Origin: Cyanobacteria bacterium M_DeepCast_100m_m1_067
Lineage (GTDB): Bacteria > Cyanobacteriota > Cyanobacteriia > PCC-6307 > Cyanobiaceae
DNA length: 64,000 bases
Reading direction: 5' to 3'
Assembly (NCBI GenBank): GCA_016882385.1
Contig: VGQC01000001.1
Span: 6,081 to 70,080 of the forward strand
Under the pieces are notes generated by a model that did no database searches, was not told the origin of the DNA, and saw only the letters and a list, made by a program, of their open reading frames with translations. Below, one piece after another: positions 60,248 through 64,000 of this stretch. A program made the translations under genes and the position numbers. How positions within the stretch are numbered: position 1 is the first letter of the stretch; each line of letters starts with the position of its first letter.

Positions 60248-60649
60248 GTGCCCCTCGACTGCGAAGAACAGTCGTTGATGGCTGATCCGCGTCTCGCGGA
60301 GGCCATCGCCCTGTTCAATGCCAGCGATTGGTACGCCTGCCACGATGGCTTCGAAGCCCTGTGGCATGAGACGGCGGGATCGATGCGGCCGGTGCTGCAG
60401 GGCATCTTGCAGATCGCCGTGGCAGAGCTCCACCACGAGCGTGGCAACCTCCGGGGGGCCACGATCCTCATGGGCGAAGGCCTGGGCAGGCTGCAGGGCG
60501 TTGCAGATGGGGCGCTTGGGCTGAACCTCACCGCCCTGCGGGAGTGCGCCAGCCAGCGCTTGCGGGCCCTGCAGGAGCAGCGTGCGCTGGAGGGACTCGA
60601 GTCGCCGAGATTGCTTGCAGCGCAAGCGCAGCACTGCTCTGTAGATTGA
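60248..60649 (+). CDS. DUF309 domain protein
   Basis: LFNASDWYACHDGFEALW, QGILQIAVA, GNLRGA. Start may be 60278. Confidence 0.88.
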   Translation: MPLDCEEQSLMADPRLAEAIALFNASDWYACHDGFEALWHETAGSMRPVLQGILQIAVAELHHERGNLRGATILMGEGLGRLQGVADGALGLNLTALRECASQRLRALQEQRALEGLESPRLLAAQAQHCSVD

Positions 60650-61140
60650 TGCAACAGCCTCTTGGGCCCCAGCTGTTGCTCGTTTCCCCTCCGCGCCCCT
60701 GGACCCTCTCGGTGGTGGTCAGCCTGATGTCGTGCCTCTCCGCCGCGGCCGTGGCGGCATCCGCGGCAGCTGCCGATCTCCCGCCGAGCGCCCCTGGGGC
60801 CATCACGCCCACCAGCGGTCTGGTCACGATCGAGTCTGACCTGCAGAAAGCCGACAACACCACCGGCGTGGTCACCGCCACGGGCAACGTGCGCATCGTC
60901 TATCCGGATCAACGGGTTGTGGCCACCGCACGCCAGGCGCAGTACTTCAGCCGGGAAGGGCGGGTGGTGCTCAGCGGCGATGTCGATGTGGTTCAGGACA
61001 CCGGTCACAGCATTCGGGCGGAGCGACTGGTTTACCTGGTGGAGCGGGAGCGGATCGTGGCTGAACCAGCTCCGGGCAACCAGGTGATCACCCGCTACCG
61101 ACTCAATGCCACGCAGCCGCAGTCGGGTTCCCAGCCATGA
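60649..61140 (+). CDS. lptA: LptA/OstA family protein
   Basis: Signal peptide, TIESDLQKADN.TGVVTATGNV, QAQYFS. Upstream of lptB. Confidence 0.85.
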   Translation: MQQPLGPQLLLVSPPRPWTLSVVVSLMSCLSAAAVAASAAAADLPPSAPGAITPTSGLVTIESDLQKADNTTGVVTATGNVRIVYPDQRVVATARQAQYFSREGRVVLSGDVDVVQDTGHSIRAERLVYLVERERIVAEPAPGNQVITRYRLNATQPQSGSQP

Positions 61141-61865
61141 GCCTGGAGTTGCTGGATGTGGTGCTGGCCATCAGCGGCCGCTTGTTGGTGAACCATGTGT
61201 CCCTGCAGCTCGAGCCCGGTGAGGTGGTGGGCCTGCTGGGCCCCAACGGCGCCGGCAAGACCACCACCTTCGGACTGGTCACGGGTCTGCTGCGTCCTGA
61301 TTCCGGCCGGGTGTCGTTGGATGGCGTGGAGATCGAACACTTGCCGATGCCCCAACGGGCCCGGCTTGGCATCGGCTACCTCCCCCAGGAGCCGAGTGTG
61401 TTTCGTCAGTTGAGCGTGCGCGACAACCTCAGCCTCGCCTTGCAGGAAAGTGGCACCCCGGCTGAGCTACGCCGCGAGCGGCTTGAAGGCTTGATTGAGG
61501 ATTTCCACCTCACGGCCTTTCAGCACCGCAAGGGCTACCAGCTCTCCGGGGGGGAACGCCGCCGCTGTGAGGTGGCCCGGGCCTTGGCGGTGGGGGTGGA
61601 GGGTCCGCGCTACCTCCTGCTCGATGAGCCCTTCGCTGGGGTCGACCCAATCGCCGTTTCAGATCTGCAGCAGTTGATCGACCAACTGCGGAGCCGGGGG
61701 ATGGGTCTGTTGATCACCGACCACAACGTGCGCGAGACCCTGGCCATCACCGATCGGGCCTACATCCTCTCGGAAGGGTCCATCCTGGCCTCGGGTAGCT
61801 CCGAACAGGTTGGATCCGACCCCTTGGTGCGCCGTCATTATCTCGGCGAGTCATTCCGTCTATGA
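61137..61865 (+). CDS. lptB: LPS export ABC ATPase
   Basis: GPNGAGKTT, GYLPQEPSVF, LSGGERRR, DEPFAGVDP, TDHNVRETL. Confidence 0.95.
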   Translation: MSLELLDVVLAISGRLLVNHVSLQLEPGEVVGLLGPNGAGKTTTFGLVTGLLRPDSGRVSLDGVEIEHLPMPQRARLGIGYLPQEPSVFRQLSVRDNLSLALQESGTPAELRRERLEGLIEDFHLTAFQHRKGYQLSGGERRRCEVARALAVGVEGPRYLLLDEPFAGVDPIAVSDLQQLIDQLRSRGMGLLITDHNVRETLAITDRAYILSEGSILASGSSEQVGSDPLVRRHYLGESFRL

Positions 61866-63040
61866 GCTGGACCCTCCGTTTCCGCCGCCAGCTGCTGCGT
61901 CCCTGGGGCCGGCTGCCCCTGATCGACCGTTGGCTGCTGGCTGAGTTGATCGGCCCGCTGGTTTTTGGCATCGCCGCCTTCACCGCTGTCTCGCTGTCGG
62001 TGGGTGCGGTGTTTGAACTGGTGCGGCGGGTGGCCGAATCCGGCCTGCCCCTCGACGTGGCGCTGCGGGTGCTGCTGCTGGAGCTGCCCTCGTTTCTGGT
62101 GCTCTCGTTCCCAATGGCCACCCTGATGGCCACCCTGCTCACCTACTCCAAGCTCTCGGGCAACAGTGAGCTAACCGCCCTGCGCAGCGTGGGGGTGGCG
62201 ACCTGGCGGATGGTGATGCCGGCCGTGGCCGTCGCCCTGGTGATGACGCTGCTCACCTTCACCTTCAACGAGGCGATCGTGCCGCGCACCCTGATGGAGG
62301 CCAAAACTACCCTCAATCGCGCCATCGGACGGGCGGTAGCCGGTGAGCAGAAGGACAACGTGATGTTCTCGAAATACGGTGAGATCCAGGCTGCCGATGG
62401 CAGCAGCGAACGCGGGCTGACGCATTTTTTCTATGCCCAGCGCTTCAACAAAGGTGTGATGGAGCGGGTCACCCTGCTCGATCTGTCGCGGCGGGATCAA
62501 CGGGTTCTGCTCAGTGCCGATCGGGCACGCTGGAGCGAGCCCGATGCCCAGTGGGAATTCCTGGACGGCCATGTGTTTGGCGTCACCGAGGGATCGAGCA
62601 GCTCCACAACGTCGGCGGATTTCGACCGCTACCTCTACCCACTCGGCAGTCAGCCCTTGCAGGTGGCCAAGCTGCCCAAGGATTCCAATTCCATGACCAT
62701 CGGTCAGGCCCGGACCGCCGAACGGCTGCTGCGCGAGGCCAATGATCTCCAGGGAGCCCGCAAGCTGAGGGTGCGGATTCAGGAGAAATTCGCCTTCCCC
62801 GCCGTGTGTCTGGTCTTTGGATTGATGGGCAGCAGTCTGGGCGTGCGCCCCCACTCACGCCGGAGCCGCAGCCAGGGGTTCGGCCTCAGTGTCCTGCTGA
62901 TCTTTGGCTACTACCTCGTGGCCTTTGTGTTCAGTTCCCTTGGGGTGAAGGGAATCCTCAGCCCGTATTTCTCAGCCTGGCTGCCCGTGGTGATAGGTCT
63001 GGGTGGCGGCATGTATCTGTTGCGCGAGGCCAGCCGCTGA
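61862..63040 (+). CDS. LptF/LptG family permease
   Basis: [33 protein letters not shown]. Follows lptB. Confidence 0.92.
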   Translation: MSWTLRFRRQLLRPWGRLPLIDRWLLAELIGPLVFGIAAFTAVSLSVGAVFELVRRVAESGLPLDVALRVLLLELPSFLVLSFPMATLMATLLTYSKLSGNSELTALRSVGVATWRMVMPAVAVALVMTLLTFTFNEAIVPRTLMEAKTTLNRAIGRAVAGEQKDNVMFSKYGEIQAADGSSERGLTHFFYAQRFNKGVMERVTLLDLSRRDQRVLLSADRARWSEPDAQWEFLDGHVFGVTEGSSSSTTSADFDRYLYPLGSQPLQVAKLPKDSNSMTIGQARTAERLLREANDLQGARKLRVRIQEKFAFPAVCLVFGLMGSSLGVRPHSRRSRSQGFGLSVLLIFGYYLVAFVFSSLGVKGILSPYFSAWLPVVIGLGGGMYLLREASR

Positions 63041-63080
63041 GGTCGCCGGTAATTCGCCAAACTGGGCGCTGGTTTGTGCG

Positions 63081-64000
63081 ATGCCCGTGCCTGCCCTGTT
63101 TAACGATCCGGTGCTTGGCCTGGGCCTGACGGCGTTTGCCCTGTTGCTGCTGGTCCTGCCCCTGGCCTTCTGGTCGTTGAGTGGTGACCGCAACAGTGGG
63201 CTGGTGCGGCTGCTGGTGGCGGCGGCCAATCTCTGCCTCACCGCCCAGCTGGTGCTGCGCTGGTGGGAGTCCGGCCACTTCCCGATCAGCAACCTCTATG
63301 AGTCGCTCTGCTTCCTGGCCTGGGGTTGCACCCTCACCCAGCTGCTGGTGGAACGCAGCTGGCCCTCACCGCTGGTGCCGGCAGCGGCCACCCCGATGGC
63401 CTTGGGTTGCGTCGCTTTCGCGAGCTTTGCCCTGCCCGATCGGCTGCAAGAAGCGTCCCCCCTCGTGCCTGCGCTGCGCTCCAGCTGGCTGGTGATGCAC
63501 GTCAGCGTGATCATGCTGAGCTACGCCGCTTTGCTGGTTGGTTCGCTCTTGTCGCTGGCCGTGCTGTTTACGGATCGTCACAACACGTTGGAACTGCGCA
63601 GCAGCTCCATCGGCAGCGGTGGCTACCGCCAGGCCCAACTGGCCACGGCCACAGAAGGAGCGGGCCACGCTTCTCCTCCACTGCAGCTCAGCAGCGTGGC
63701 CATGCCCATCGCTGAGCAACTCGATTCGCTCAGCTACCGCACCATCACCGTGGGCTTCCTGTTGCTCTCGGTGGGTCTGGTCAGTGGGGCGGTGTGGGCC
63801 AACGAGGCCTGGGGTAGCTGGTGGAGCTGGGACCCCAAGGAAACCTGGGCCCTGATCTGCTGGCTCGTCTACGCCGCCTACCTGCACACCCGCTTGATCC
63901 GCGGCTGGCAGGGCCGCAAGCCAGCTCTAGTGGCAGCCGCAGGGTTGGTGGTGATTGTGGTCTGCTACATCGGCGTCAACCTGCTGGGCATCGGCCTGCA
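63081..64000 (+). CDS. ccsA: cytochrome c biogenesis protein CcsA (3' end off window)
   Basis: Hand translation includes [26 protein letters not shown] and [18 protein letters not shown] (WWD motif). Confidence 0.95.
   Translation, partial: MPVPALFNDPVLGLGLTAFALLLLVLPLAFWSLSGDRNSGLVRLLVAAANLCLTAQLVLRWWESGHFPISNLYESLCFLAWGCTLTQLLVERSWPSPLVPAAATPMALGCVAFASFALPDRLQEASPLVPALRSSWLVMHVSVIMLSYAALLVGSLLSLAVLFTDRHNTLELRSSSIGSGGYRQAQLATATEGAGHASPPLQLSSVAMPIAEQLDSLSYRTITVGFLLLSVGLVSGAVWANEAWGSWWSWDPKETWALICWLVYAAYLHTRLIRGWQGRKPALVAAAGLVVIVVCYIGVNLLGIGL

Overview
High-GC picocyanobacterial chromosome segment; the gene set (apcF, psb28, ndhO, pcyA, gun4, chlP, gap1-type GAPDH) points to Cyanobium / Synechococcus subcluster 5.2 (inference). 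Most of it is densely packed core genome: rpsO, ruvA, dnaG, rsmA-ispE, pdhB-secDF, psb28-mnmH, glnA/apcF, bioY-lspA-PBP, ndhO, an M16 peptidase pair, pcyA-devBCA, rpsB-tsf-recG, sir, glyS, chlP, a U32 protein, typA, lptA-B-F/G and a partial ccsA. I found no tRNA, rRNA, CRISPR array, IS element or prophage. The least ordinary part is about 1.7-9.7 kb. It holds a possibly dead HNH-like protein, a secreted CxCxC...CxCxC protein behind a 12-bp-period repeat array, and a very acidic 83-aa protein. It also holds a LexA-boxed umuDC whose UmuD lacks the autocleavage site (UmuD'-like as translated) and a gap1 run with three unknown genes. Elsewhere there are three small genes below the ORF-track cutoff (31, 56 and 51 aa), a secreted-protein gene split by one in-frame TAG after sir, an NtcA promoter at glnA and a pseudoknotted rpsB leader. 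No complete new system can be proven from sequence alone.
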